From an uncultured Pseudomonadota bacterium (GTDB lineage: Bacteria > Pseudomonadota > Alphaproteobacteria > RF32 > CAG-239): DNA of 64,000 bases. The notes beneath the pieces were generated by a model. The model did no database searches, was not told the origin of the DNA, and saw only the letters and a list, made by a program, of their open reading frames with translations. Position 1 is the stretch's first letter. The number at the start of each line of letters is the position of its first letter. The stretch covers positions 8,866-72,865 of the forward strand of contig CASFRM010000004.1 in the NCBI GenBank assembly GCA_949297185.1, written 5' to 3'. Shown here in pieces: positions 1 through 12,869 of this stretch. The translations under genes and the position numbers were made by a program.

Positions 1-214
1 CCAAAACAATAACTTTGGCATCTTTAGCTTGTTTCAAAACCAAAGCCTTAACCGAAGCACCGGCAACCAAAGGAGTACCGATAGTATCGCCAAGAGCCAA
101 AACTTCGTTAAAAACGACTTCTTTACCTTCTTCTCCGGCAATTTTTTCAATCTTAATTACATCGCCAGATGTAACGCGGTATTGTTTTCCGCCGGTTTTA
201 ATTACTGCATACAT
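1..214 (-). CDS. rplU: 50S ribosomal protein L21, N-terminal part (gene runs off the left edge)
   Basis: Not in the ORF track because there is no stop in the window. Minus-strand translation from the ATG at 212-214 gives MYAVIKTGGKQYRVTSGDVIKIEKIAGEEGKEVVFNEVLALGD..., a canonical L21 N-terminus. An AAGGTGA Shine-Dalgarno lies just upstream. Confidence 0.85.
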   Translation of the reverse strand, partial: MYAVIKTGGKQYRVTSGDVIKIEKIAGEEGKEVVFNEVLALGDTIGTPLVAGASVKALVLKQAKDAKVIVL

Positions 215-257
215 ATTCTTTCACCTTTATATTTAAAAACATAAAACGTTGCTTTGC

Positions 258-285
258 AATATACATAACTTTTTCCGCCTGTCAA
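258..285 (-). promoter_or_regulatory. Candidate sigma70-type promoter for rplU
   Basis: Minus strand reads TTGACA (280-285), a 16-nt spacer, then TATATT (258-263), upstream of the rplU start. Confidence 0.4.
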
Positions 286-303
286 CAAGAATCTCTACAT
301 TTT

Positions 304-783
304 TTATTTTTTATTAACTGTCTTTCGTTCTTTTTGCAAAGCTCTGTAGAGTTCCGGACGCATAAATTTGCCCTTCCAAATTCCTTTTTTATATGCTTTT
401 GCCTCATCCTCAGCCTTTTGATAATCATCTCCGTAAGATACTGCAAAACCGTCTCTTACCATTTTTTCACCTATACTTATTCCGTTTGCATCATAACATT
501 TCATCAAAGTTCGGCCATATCTGTCTTTGCCAAATCGCCTACAAGAGCTGACATTTTGCATCAATTTTTTCAAATGTTTGGTTGCTTCAAATCCGCAACG
601 ATACTTCCATCCGTTTGCATCATAACATTTTTGCATAAATTCAGGAGCATCAATTCCCTGCAAACGAATTCTTTCTCCGCCATATTCAAGACTGTCACCG
701 TCGACCACGACAAACTTTGCATCTGCGTTTTGTCCTAAACAACACCCAAACAACATAACAAGCACAAATAAAAACTTCTGCAT
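304..783 (-). CDS. Secreted thermonuclease (staphylococcal nuclease, SNase-like) family protein
   Basis: Start at MQKFLFVLVMLFGCC... is preferred (AAGGAG RBS, signal peptide). SNase-like motifs are RLQGIDAPE and DRYGR. Confidence 0.75.
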   Translation of the reverse strand: MQKFLFVLVMLFGCCLGQNADAKFVVVDGDSLEYGGERIRLQGIDAPEFMQKCYDANGWKYRCGFEATKHLKKLMQNVSSCRRFGKDRYGRTLMKCYDANGISIGEKMVRDGFAVSYGDDYQKAEDEAKAYKKGIWKGKFMRPELYRALQKERKTVNKK

Positions 784-929
784 TTTAAACTCCTTTACAA
801 CAATCTCTATAATTGTCCCAAAAATAGCACATATCAAGCTCTAAAAACAAAAATCGTGGAATAACCGTAAAAAACAGTTTGTAATTAATATCATCTGTCA
901 TAATATGAAAGCAAATATAACCATGGGAT

Positions 930-1772
930 ATGAATATGCTATTTAAAAAAATCATATTGTTAGCAAGTGTTTTCGGACTTTGCGGATGCGAATATTTACG
1001 CAACCACACGGCTCAAGATATTTTCAACCTAAAATTTGACGATCAAAAAGTCGAGACACAAACGACTGCGACCTCTACCTCACTTAAAGACACCAGAAGA
1101 CAAGTCGTTGTATGCCGCTCGCATCAATGCGCTCCGGCCAATTTATCAATGTCCAAAGAGTACATATACAATTCTCTGCTTCAACTTTTTGACAACAATA
1201 ACTACCAAAAAATGCTGGTATGCGAAGCCGACAGCCAATCTCATGTATGCTTGGAAAACCACATTACTCTTCCCCTAAGAGTAGGCGCTGTTCCAACCAA
1301 TATGTACATTGACAGCATAAAAATAACCGATGTTATCTCCGGCAACCGCAATAATACTCTAAATCTTATCTTAAACTATGATGTAACCTATGGCGGACAA
1401 ACTGCCGAATGTTCTCCGTCAAAATCATTATTATTTGCCAGACAAATAAATCATGTAATTTTGGAAGATTCCGGATACAACTGCAAAATGACCACCATCG
1501 GTATGAGCAATGTTAAAACCGTTTTAGCCATAGACTATATTGACTTAGATTACGGATACATTGGAGGTCTTTACTCAATCGGCGTTTCAGGTCCGGCATT
1601 TGGCGGCGGCTCCGGCTACATGCTGCTCCGTTTGCCCAAAAATGCCTATCCGCTTTCTCCGGCTCTAAAGGCTCCGCAATCATTTTCAAAAGCAGGCTCT
1701 CAAACAAACACTTCCGGAGCCAATACCTCAGGAACCGTAGAAATATTTCCTCTGCCTAAAGCAGATAACTAA
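930..1772 (+). CDS. Hypothetical lipoprotein
   Basis: N-terminus MNMLFKKIILLASVFGLCGCEY has a lipobox-like L-C-G-C. I recognise no family. Confidence 0.6.
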   Translation: MNMLFKKIILLASVFGLCGCEYLRNHTAQDIFNLKFDDQKVETQTTATSTSLKDTRRQVVVCRSHQCAPANLSMSKEYIYNSLLQLFDNNNYQKMLVCEADSQSHVCLENHITLPLRVGAVPTNMYIDSIKITDVISGNRNNTLNLILNYDVTYGGQTAECSPSKSLLFARQINHVILEDSGYNCKMTTIGMSNVKTVLAIDYIDLDYGYIGGLYSIGVSGPAFGGGSGYMLLRLPKNAYPLSPALKAPQSFSKAGSQTNTSGANTSGTVEIFPLPKADN

Positions 1773-1780
1773 TAGCTTCA

Positions 1781-1815
1781 AAAAAAAATCGCCGTATGAA
1801 ACGGCGATTTTTTTA
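1781..1815. terminator. Bidirectional rho-independent terminator between convergent genes
   Basis: Hairpin ATCGCCGT-atgaa-ACGGCGAT (1788-1808) is flanked by an A-run on the left and a T-run on the right. Confidence 0.75.
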
Positions 1816-1819
1816 TCTC

Positions 1820-3070
1820 CTAAATTCCATAAGAAAAATATCTAACTGTTTCATATATAACAATCCTCTCGACACCGGAAAACATTAAAGTATTCGGGCC
1901 GTAGATAATTCTTCCCTCAGAAGACGGCAATTTTCCGTTTCTTACCTGATACTCTCTTACATCTCGCAAATTCATAATAACTCCGTCTGCGAACTGCACT
2001 TCCCAGCCATAAGTATCATATCCGACATTAACATGAATTGTTTTGCAATTATCATTTGCCTCAAAAGTATTACTTTTAAAATTTTTGCCTATTTCATACA
2101 TCTGATCATTTTCATTCCCGCTAATCCACCGCAAATAAGCAATGTTATTCGGCTCCAATATCTGAGTTTCAGAGACAAAATCATCTAAAGGACGATTAGG
2201 TTCGGCATCTTTCACTTCATCTTCATAAAAAGCTGTATCTGTCTCCTCATCTACCTCGCCATTATTTTTATCCTCTACCGACAGCTCTTTTTCCGCCAGT
2301 ATATCCTCTTCTGCTATCTCATTTTCATCTGCTCCGAAAGGCTCGGGTGTAAAATCATCAGGCTCAGATGTATCAACTACCATATCTTCACCAAACGGCG
2401 CAACCTCCGGCACTTTTTCTTCCGCCGGCAATATATCATCTGCTAATACATTATCTTCCGTAATCTCAGGGTCTGTTGTCCCCAAAGGCTCCGATGTAAA
2501 ATTGTCAGAAGCAACATCACCGACAACCATATCTTCGCTAAACGACGAAGTCTCTAGTTCTTTTTCTTCTTCCGACGATGCATCATCGCCCAATACATCA
2601 TCTTCAGCAACCTCCTCCATTGTTGCACCAAAAGGCCTTGGTGTAAAATCATCCGCTTTGATATCCTCCTTAGCATCATCTGCATCAAGCGAAGAAGTCT
2701 CTTGTGTTTTTTCTTCTGCCGACAATATATCCTCTTCCAATATATTTTCTTCGTCTATCTCAGAAACTTTATCATCAACTGGAAAAACATCTTCATCAGC
2801 TACAGGGGTATACTCAGATACTTCCGCACTACCTTTTTCAGATATCCCATCATTCCCCAAATCATCAAACGATAAAGTATCATCTTTATGTTCCGGAGCG
2901 CTTTCTGTATCGGATTTATTTTCTTTTTCCAATATATCATCAAAATTCAAATCTGCACTATTGGCTTCATCCAAATTCAAATCGATATCTGCATCCACCT
3001 CTGGCAAATCATCAAAATTAAAATCCGATAAATCAAAATCATCAACACTGTCTTTAACATCTTCTGCCAT
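1820..3070 (-). CDS. Extremely acidic (D/E-rich) repeat protein with a globular C-terminal domain of unknown family
   Basis: 416-aa ORF starting 14 nt after the histidine kinase stop. The N-terminal ~300 aa are D/E/S/T-rich. The C-terminal ~110 aa (YLRWISGNENDQMYEIGKNF...VRYFSYGI) have ordinary composition. Confidence 0.7.
   Translation of the reverse strand: MAEDVKDSVDDFDLSDFNFDDLPEVDADIDLNLDEANSADLNFDDILEKENKSDTESAPEHKDDTLSFDDLGNDGISEKGSAEVSEYTPVADEDVFPVDDKVSEIDEENILEEDILSAEEKTQETSSLDADDAKEDIKADDFTPRPFGATMEEVAEDDVLGDDASSEEEKELETSSFSEDMVVGDVASDNFTSEPLGTTDPEITEDNVLADDILPAEEKVPEVAPFGEDMVVDTSEPDDFTPEPFGADENEIAEEDILAEKELSVEDKNNGEVDEETDTAFYEDEVKDAEPNRPLDDFVSETQILEPNNIAYLRWISGNENDQMYEIGKNFKSNTFEANDNCKTIHVNVGYDTYGWEVQFADGVIMNLRDVREYQVRNGKLPSSEGRIIYGPNTLMFSGVERIVIYETVRYFSYGI
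2276..2758 (-). repeat. About three tandem ~49-aa acidic repeats inside the acidic protein gene
   Basis: Repeat units are DDFTPRPFGATMEEVAEDDVLGDD...EEK.., DNFTSEPLGTTDPEITEDNVLADDILPAEEK.. and DDFTPEPFGADENEIAEEDILAEKE.., each followed by ..F(S/G)EDMVV(G)D... Boundaries were estimated by eye. Confidence 0.6.
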
Positions 3071-3084
3071 ATTCTTACTCTCCG

Positions 3085-4446
3085 TTATATCGGCAATATA
3101 ATAACAACTCGCAATCCGCCCAAATGGCTGTCTTCCATAATTATTTTTCCGGCATGGGCAGTAATAATATCCTTGGTAATAGCCAACCCCAAACCGATTC
3201 CTCCGGTTTCTTTATTTCTCGAATTTTCTAAACGATAAAATGCTCTAAACACATCTTCACGCTTATCTTCCGGTATTCCCGGACCATTATCATCAACGAT
3301 TATTCTGATATCATTTTCGTTCTTTTCAACTCGAACTTCAATCTTTTTAGCATATCTGCAAGCATTATTTATAATATTAGTAACTGCTCTCCGCAAAGAT
3401 TGCTCTTTTGCCACTATTTCTACATTTTCATTCGTTCCCAAATACTTTATTTTTACGGTTCTCTTCAAATGCCTTCGAACTATTTCAGAAACCAAATCTC
3501 CCACATTTACCTTAACGGCCGCTTCATCACCCTCACCTTTTACAAAGGCTAGATAACCGTTAAGCATTTTTTCCATTTCATCAATATCGGCCAAAAAATC
3601 TTTTTTATCTTGACTATCTTCTGTCATAGCCAGCATCAACTTCATTCTGGTTAGAGGAGTACGCAAATCGTGGGAAATTCCGGCCAACATTTGTGTTCGC
3701 TCTACGATCTGCCTCAAAATTCTTTCCTTCATCTTAATAAAGGCCCAACCAGCCTTACGCACCTCCGAAGAGCCATAAGGCTTAAAATCATCATCGTCAA
3801 TTCCCTTACCGAAATTCTCCGCGGTTTGCGCCAAATCCGCAATAGCTCTGACTTGTATTCTCAAGAACAAAACCGAGACCAAGAATAACAATATTGATGT
3901 TGCCACCATCCAAACGACAAACATAAAGATTGAAGACGAGAATATTTTTTTCTGCGAACAGGTAAACAGATAAACCCCGCCGTTTCGCTCAATCCAAATG
4001 ATAAGTTCATTATTTTTATCTTTAGATTTGTCAATCCAAACACTCCATTCGCCTTTGTCAAAGACATTATCCAAAGCTTCTTTAAGATATGCCAACACAA
4101 TGGGATTAGCCTTCAAATCATCTCTTACATTTTCACTTTCGTTTGTATTGTAGAAATCAAAATCAATCTGCCACCCTTCTCTTGACAATTTTTTCAAATT
4201 TTCAAGCGGAATTCCATCCTCATGCAATCTGATAATTACGCTTATATCGTCTACCAAGTTCTCAGACAATCTTCTGCCCATTCGGCTCCAACTGCCATCA
4301 AAGAACACCACCACCGACACCACTTGCACCACGATTAAAGGCACAAAAATCAACAACATTGTCCTAAAAAACAATGTTCTGGGCAACAGTTTTCTCCGCC
4401 ATTTGTCAAGAAAACTCTCATATTTTTGTGGCAACCTGATATGCAT
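3085..4446 (-). CDS. Sensor histidine kinase, EnvZ-like
   Basis: Two TM segments. H-box ISHDLRTPLTRMKL, N-box NIINNACRYA, G-boxes DDNGPGIP and GGIGLGLAI. Confidence 0.85.
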   Translation of the reverse strand: MHIRLPQKYESFLDKWRRKLLPRTLFFRTMLLIFVPLIVVQVVSVVVFFDGSWSRMGRRLSENLVDDISVIIRLHEDGIPLENLKKLSREGWQIDFDFYNTNESENVRDDLKANPIVLAYLKEALDNVFDKGEWSVWIDKSKDKNNELIIWIERNGGVYLFTCSQKKIFSSSIFMFVVWMVATSILLFLVSVLFLRIQVRAIADLAQTAENFGKGIDDDDFKPYGSSEVRKAGWAFIKMKERILRQIVERTQMLAGISHDLRTPLTRMKLMLAMTEDSQDKKDFLADIDEMEKMLNGYLAFVKGEGDEAAVKVNVGDLVSEIVRRHLKRTVKIKYLGTNENVEIVAKEQSLRRAVTNIINNACRYAKKIEVRVEKNENDIRIIVDDNGPGIPEDKREDVFRAFYRLENSRNKETGGIGLGLAITKDIITAHAGKIIMEDSHLGGLRVVIILPI

Positions 4447-4458
4447 TTACATCTCCGA

Positions 4459-5145
4459 TTAATCAGGTAATAACATATAACCTTTGCCGCGCAATGTCTG
4501 CAAGTAGCGAGGATTTTTAGAATCTTTTTCTATCTTTTTACGCAATCTGGTTATTTGTACATCAATCGACCGCGGCGACTGACCGGCTCCGAGCATTTCG
4601 GAAAGTTTTTCTCTGGAAAATACTTGTCCTTTTTTAGCCCCCAATATACTCAACACATTTTGCTCGACGGGAGTGATATGCATAACCTCACCATTTTTAG
4701 CCAACAGCTCTCTGGTCTGCATATTAAAGGCACAAGTACCCAAACTCAGTATTTGTTGTTTTTCATCATCTACGGGAGTTCTTTTCAACACATTTGCTAT
4801 ACGCAAAAGCAATTCCTTAGGCTCAAAAGGCTTGGCCACATAATCATCGGCTCCTCCCTCCAAACCGATTATTCGGTCTTCAACGGTTCCCATTGCCGTA
4901 AGCATAATTACTGGTATAGAATTTTCTTTCCGCAACGAACTCAAAAAATCAAGACCGCTTTCTTTTGGCATCATCACATCGACAATCAGCAAATGAAACC
5001 TATATTGCTGCATCATCATTCTGGCCTCTTCGGCATCCTTGGCAGTCGACACCATAAAGCCGTTCTCACGCAAAAAGCGCTGTAGCAAATTGCGTAATCT
5101 GGTATCATCGTCAACCACCAAGATATGCTTAAGAGATTGCTCCAT
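4459..5145 (-). CDS. OmpR-family response regulator
   Basis: Receiver domain (ILVVDDD..., LLIVDVMMP, ADDYVAKPFEPKELLLRI) and a C-terminal winged helix (IDVQITRLRKKIE..YLQTLRGKGY). Confidence 0.9.
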   Translation of the reverse strand: MEQSLKHILVVDDDTRLRNLLQRFLRENGFMVSTAKDAEEARMMMQQYRFHLLIVDVMMPKESGLDFLSSLRKENSIPVIMLTAMGTVEDRIIGLEGGADDYVAKPFEPKELLLRIANVLKRTPVDDEKQQILSLGTCAFNMQTRELLAKNGEVMHITPVEQNVLSILGAKKGQVFSREKLSEMLGAGQSPRSIDVQITRLRKKIEKDSKNPRYLQTLRGKGYMLLPD

Positions 5146-5168
5146 CGGCTCTAGCCCCTGCGCTAAAA

Positions 5169-5822
5169 TTATTTTTTCGTAGACTTAGCCTTAGTTGCTT
5201 TTTTGGTCTTAGCCGACTTAGCCTTGGGTTTAACCAATTTAATTTTCGGCATCTGCGGAACTTTTGCGCAATTTTCGGTCTTGCTGATATAATCCAAACT
5301 TTTCTGGAAATATTGATAACCGGTAATAAAAGTTAAAACACCGGCGACCCACAACAAAATCTCGCCGATACCACCCCAATACCAAACGCCTTTCAACAGC
5401 ATCATAGATAGAGCCGTCATCTGAAAGCCTGTTTTCCACTTAGCCAATCTGGTAACCGGCAAACCGGCATTAACCTCACGCAAAAATTCTCTTAATCCCG
5501 AAACCAAAATTTCACGACACAAAATAATGATAATCGGTATATAAGAAAGCTCGGTAACCAACATTCCCGGCTTTGCCAACAAAACCACCAAAGCCGAAGT
5601 AACCAGCAATTTATCAGCTATCGGATCGAGCAGTCTACCCAAAGCCGAAGTTTCACCTCTGGCTCTGGCCAAATAACCGTCAAAATAATCGGTAATCGAA
5701 GCGATAATAAACAATACGGCGGCCAATATTGCCCACCACATAGAAGTAATATATACCGACAAAAAGATTGCCGGAATTACAACGATTCTCGAAATCGTTA
5801 AAATATTTGGCAGATTATACAT
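5169..5822 (-). CDS. pgsA: CDP-diacylglycerol--glycerol-3-phosphate 3-phosphatidyltransferase with a Lys-rich C-terminal tail
   Basis: CDP-alcohol phosphatidyltransferase motif DYFDGYLARARGETSALGRLLDPIADK. Tail is KPKAKSAKTKKATKAKSTKK. Confidence 0.85.
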   Translation of the reverse strand: MYNLPNILTISRIVVIPAIFLSVYITSMWWAILAAVLFIIASITDYFDGYLARARGETSALGRLLDPIADKLLVTSALVVLLAKPGMLVTELSYIPIIIILCREILVSGLREFLREVNAGLPVTRLAKWKTGFQMTALSMMLLKGVWYWGGIGEILLWVAGVLTFITGYQYFQKSLDYISKTENCAKVPQMPKIKLVKPKAKSAKTKKATKAKSTKK

Positions 5823-5872
5823 TTTTATGTCCTCAAAAAGTTAACTTTGTTAAGGATTGTAAAACATAAAAA

Positions 5873-7678
5873 TCAATTATGGAAGTAGTTATAAATCTTT
5901 TCCGCTATTTTTTTGCTTATACCTTCAATTTTCATCAACTCTTTAAGCGATGCTTCTTTAACAGCTTGCGGCGAGCCGAAATATCTAAGCAACTGCGTTT
6001 TTCTTTTTTGCCCAATTCCTTCTATCTCGTCAATAACCGAATTTGTAATGGATTTTGCTCTTTTTTTACGATGAGTACCGATAGCAAAGCGGTGAGCTTC
6101 ATCGCGCAGATTCTGCAGATAAAAGGCCAACGGAGACCGATATTCCAGTTCAAAACTTTCTTTGTCTTTCATATGATAAAACTCTTTACCGGCATTTCTA
6201 TCCGGACCTTTTGAAATTGCAATAATTGCAATTCCGTCAAGATTAAAGCCTTGCAAAGCCTCATAAACGGCGTTTAACTGCCCTCGACCGCCATCAAGCA
6301 GTATGACATCGGGCTTATTTTCCGGTGTCATTTTTTCAAATCTTCTGAGCAAGACTTCTTTCATCATGGCAAAGTCATCATGAGTATTTTCGGTATATTT
6401 TATATTAAAGGTACGGTAATTTTTCTTATCAAAACCATCCGGAGTTGCCACCACCATTGCCCCTATGGCAAAGCTTCCCTGATTGTGTGAGTTATCATAT
6501 ATCTCTATTCTCTGCGGAATTTTTTTCAAACCGAATTTCTCGCAAAAAGCCTGCAAATTATTTTTAACCGATGCCTCCAGAGCCACTTTTCGTCTGATTG
6601 CATCGACGGCATTCTGTTCGGCAAACTGTCTTAATTTAAATTTGTTTCCGCTTTTGGGTAAAACAATCTTGGCTTGCAGAGCTTGCTGCCAAAAGTCAAC
6701 ATTTTCTATGTCTTCACCGATAATTATTTCTTTTGGCGGCAAGTGATTGGCATAAAACTCACCTAAAAACGCCTCCAGCACCTCTCTTTTTTCGGCGCCT
6801 TCGGTTTGATTAGGAAAATATACGGCATTTCCGCAATTTTGCCCCGAACGCACAAAAAACACCTCCACCGCAAACAGATTACTTTCCTCGGCAATTCCTA
6901 TGATATCGGTTGAAACAAGTCCGGCATATTCAACATTTTGTCTGGTTTGTATTGCACTCAAAGCTCTAATTCTATCGCGTATAGCCAAAGCTGTTTCAAA
7001 ATCTTGCCTATCACTTGCCTCCATCATCTGTGCTGATAATTCTTTTTGAATATCGGCATTTTTTCCTTCCAAAAACGCGATTGCTTTTTTTACCAGCTCT
7101 TTATAGTCCTGTTGCGATATTTTATCAACACAAGGAGCCGAACACCGTTTTATTTGATACATCAAGCAAGGCCTTTGTCGGTTTTTGAACACATTATCGC
7201 GACATGATCTCAACAAAAAAACTTTTTGTAAGATGTCAACTGCGGCATTAACCGCCAAAACATTGGCAAACGGTCCGAAATAACGATTTTTATCTTTGCG
7301 CTCTCCGCGATATTTCGACAATCTGGGATACGGTGAATTTTCATCAATCATCAAATAAGGAAAAGTTTTATCGTCTTTTAGCAAGATATTATAAGGCGGC
7401 GAAAACTTTTTAATCAGTTCATTCTCAACCAACAGGGCTCGAGCTTCCGTATCCACCACAATAAATTCCATATGGTCTATCTGAGCCACCATTTGTTGCA
7501 AGCGTTTCGGCAATTTATTAATATGTGAATAAGCAACTATTCTCTTCTTAATATTTTTTGCTTTTCCCACATACAACACTTTACCCTCGGCACTTATCAT
7601 TCGATAAACGCCGGGATTTTCCGGAGCAATTTTTGTGTGTCTTTTTAGGTTTTCCAATCCCCTTTTCAAATCAAACAC
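5873..7678 (-). CDS. uvrC: Excinuclease ABC subunit C
   Basis: GIY-YIG N-terminus (GVYRM...VLYVGKAKNIKKR), UvrBC-interaction region, and C-terminal HhH (IEGIGQKRKTQLLRYFGS). Confidence 0.95.
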   Translation of the reverse strand: MFDLKRGLENLKRHTKIAPENPGVYRMISAEGKVLYVGKAKNIKKRIVAYSHINKLPKRLQQMVAQIDHMEFIVVDTEARALLVENELIKKFSPPYNILLKDDKTFPYLMIDENSPYPRLSKYRGERKDKNRYFGPFANVLAVNAAVDILQKVFLLRSCRDNVFKNRQRPCLMYQIKRCSAPCVDKISQQDYKELVKKAIAFLEGKNADIQKELSAQMMEASDRQDFETALAIRDRIRALSAIQTRQNVEYAGLVSTDIIGIAEESNLFAVEVFFVRSGQNCGNAVYFPNQTEGAEKREVLEAFLGEFYANHLPPKEIIIGEDIENVDFWQQALQAKIVLPKSGNKFKLRQFAEQNAVDAIRRKVALEASVKNNLQAFCEKFGLKKIPQRIEIYDNSHNQGSFAIGAMVVATPDGFDKKNYRTFNIKYTENTHDDFAMMKEVLLRRFEKMTPENKPDVILLDGGRGQLNAVYEALQGFNLDGIAIIAISKGPDRNAGKEFYHMKDKESFELEYRSPLAFYLQNLRDEAHRFAIGTHRKKRAKSITNSVIDEIEGIGQKRKTQLLRYFGSPQAVKEASLKELMKIEGISKKIAEKIYNYFHN

Positions 7679-7749
7679 TTCTTTACCCTTCTAACCTTTC
7701 CGCCACTCCGATATTACACCACCTTAGTGATAATTCAAGCCCTCTCTTT

Positions 7750-7785
7750 AAAACAAAAAAGATTCCGTTTTTTTATAACGGAACC
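7750..7785 (-). terminator. Rho-independent terminator after the small-ORF cluster
   Basis: Minus strand reads GGTTCCGTT-ataaaaa-AACGGAATC followed by TTTTTTGTTTT. Confidence 0.6.
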
Positions 7786-7794
7786 CTTTCTTAA

Positions 7795-7905
7795 TTAATT
7801 TTCCTTTTCATTTATGCTTCGCTTAATTACTATGCAAAGCATACTCCCCACCAAGATTAGAAATAAGGCGACAAAAATGTACGCCAAAATCAACAATCCG
7901 CTCAT
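7795..7905 (-). CDS. Possible 36-aa single-pass membrane peptide
   Basis: Not in the ORF track. Minus-strand ATG at 7903-7905 gives MSGLLILAYIFVALFLILVGSMLCIVIKRSINEKEN*. Support is its hydrophobic helix and position only. Confidence 0.3.
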   Translation of the reverse strand: MSGLLILAYIFVALFLILVGSMLCIVIKRSINEKEN

Positions 7906-7916
7906 AGCAATAGTTT

Positions 7917-8231
7917 TTAAGGTTTAACATTTCTTTTTTTGATTTCTTCTTCTACAATTTGCTTTTGCTTTTCGGTGTAATAAGACGGAAAATTATTCAA
8001 CACACCATGCAGCATTTGCAACTGTAAATCAGACATTTCTCTTACATGTTCGCGATACTCTTGTTCCATATCTTCCGCTTCTTTCTGCAACCTACGCTGT
8101 CTGCGCTTTGATGCAACAGCTTCAGCTATCTGATAAAAACAAAAAGTAATAAGTAAAGAACAAATCGCAGCTAGTACCATAATAAGCAGAAACTCTTCAA
8201 AGCTCATATTCAGAGTTATTGTCATACACAA
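7917..8231 (-). CDS. Hypothetical small membrane protein (N-terminal TM plus charged helical tail)
   Basis: TM segment LLIMVLAAICSLLITFCFY followed by KRRQRRLQKEAEDMEQEYREH.... The true start may be the internal MSFEEF (8207). Confidence 0.5.
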   Translation of the reverse strand: MCMTITLNMSFEEFLLIMVLAAICSLLITFCFYQIAEAVASKRRQRRLQKEAEDMEQEYREHVREMSDLQLQMLHGVLNNFPSYYTEKQKQIVEEEIKKRNVKP

Positions 8232-8242
8232 AAGTTTTTGAT

Positions 8243-8578
8243 TTAATTTCTTCTAACCTTTAACCTAACAGCATAATCAATAATCTCTCTCAAGGTTTCT
8301 TGCCAAATTTTATCCTCAGCCTCGGCTGATTTTTCCAATTTAGCAAGTTCCTTCTGCAGCTCTTCAAGCTTAAGATCATAATCCTTTAATTCGTCAAAGA
8401 AAAAAAGATTGCAAATCTCTTTTTTGAGATATTCTCTGCAAACCTCTTCCTGCTCAATTTTCTCTTTTTCAGCCTTAAACATTCTAGAGACAAACCAATC
8501 TCTAAATATTAACATCAGAAAAACTATCACTACCGCCAATAAGGCGATAACCAAAATCCAATAATACTCCATAGGCAT
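8243..8578 (-). CDS. Hypothetical small membrane protein (N-terminal TM plus coiled-coil tail)
   Basis: Start at MPMEYYWILVIALLAVVIVFLMLIF is preferred, because the ORF-track start at 8647 abuts the rpoC terminator. The tail is rich in E/K heptad-like sequence. Confidence 0.5.
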   Translation of the reverse strand: MPMEYYWILVIALLAVVIVFLMLIFRDWFVSRMFKAEKEKIEQEEVCREYLKKEICNLFFFDELKDYDLKLEELQKELAKLEKSAEAEDKIWQETLREIIDYAVRLKVRRN

Positions 8579-8645
8579 ATTTTTTAATTGTTTAACAATA
8601 ATCATTAGTTGCCCTAAAAATATCACAAAGCTTTCTATTGTCAAC

Positions 8646-8679
8646 AAAAAACCCCCGTTCTTGCGAACGGAGGTTTTTT
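8646..8679 (-). terminator. rpoC rho-independent terminator
   Basis: Minus-strand RNA forms CCUCCGUUC-gcaa-GAACGGGGG (one G-U pair) followed by UUUUU. On the plus strand the same position would be a C-A mismatch. Confidence 0.7.
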
Positions 8680-8693
8680 ACTCCTAAGCCTTT

Positions 8694-12869
<4,176 letters not shown>

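Noticed and set aside
15-244. Two + strand ORFs (73 and 71 aa) at the left edge
   Set aside because: They are shadow ORFs antisense to rplU. The minus-strand translation is an unmistakable L21 N-terminus.
2502-3101. 199-aa Ser-rich + strand ORF, and the 105-aa ORF at 2704-3021
   Set aside because: They lie antisense to the D/E-rich gene. GAA/GAT/GAG-rich codons read as TTC/ATC/CTC on the other strand and give a long open Ser/Ile/Phe-rich frame. There is no RBS and the composition is implausible.
4555-5085. 176-aa + strand ORF
   Set aside because: It lies entirely antisense within the well-supported OmpR-family regulator gene.
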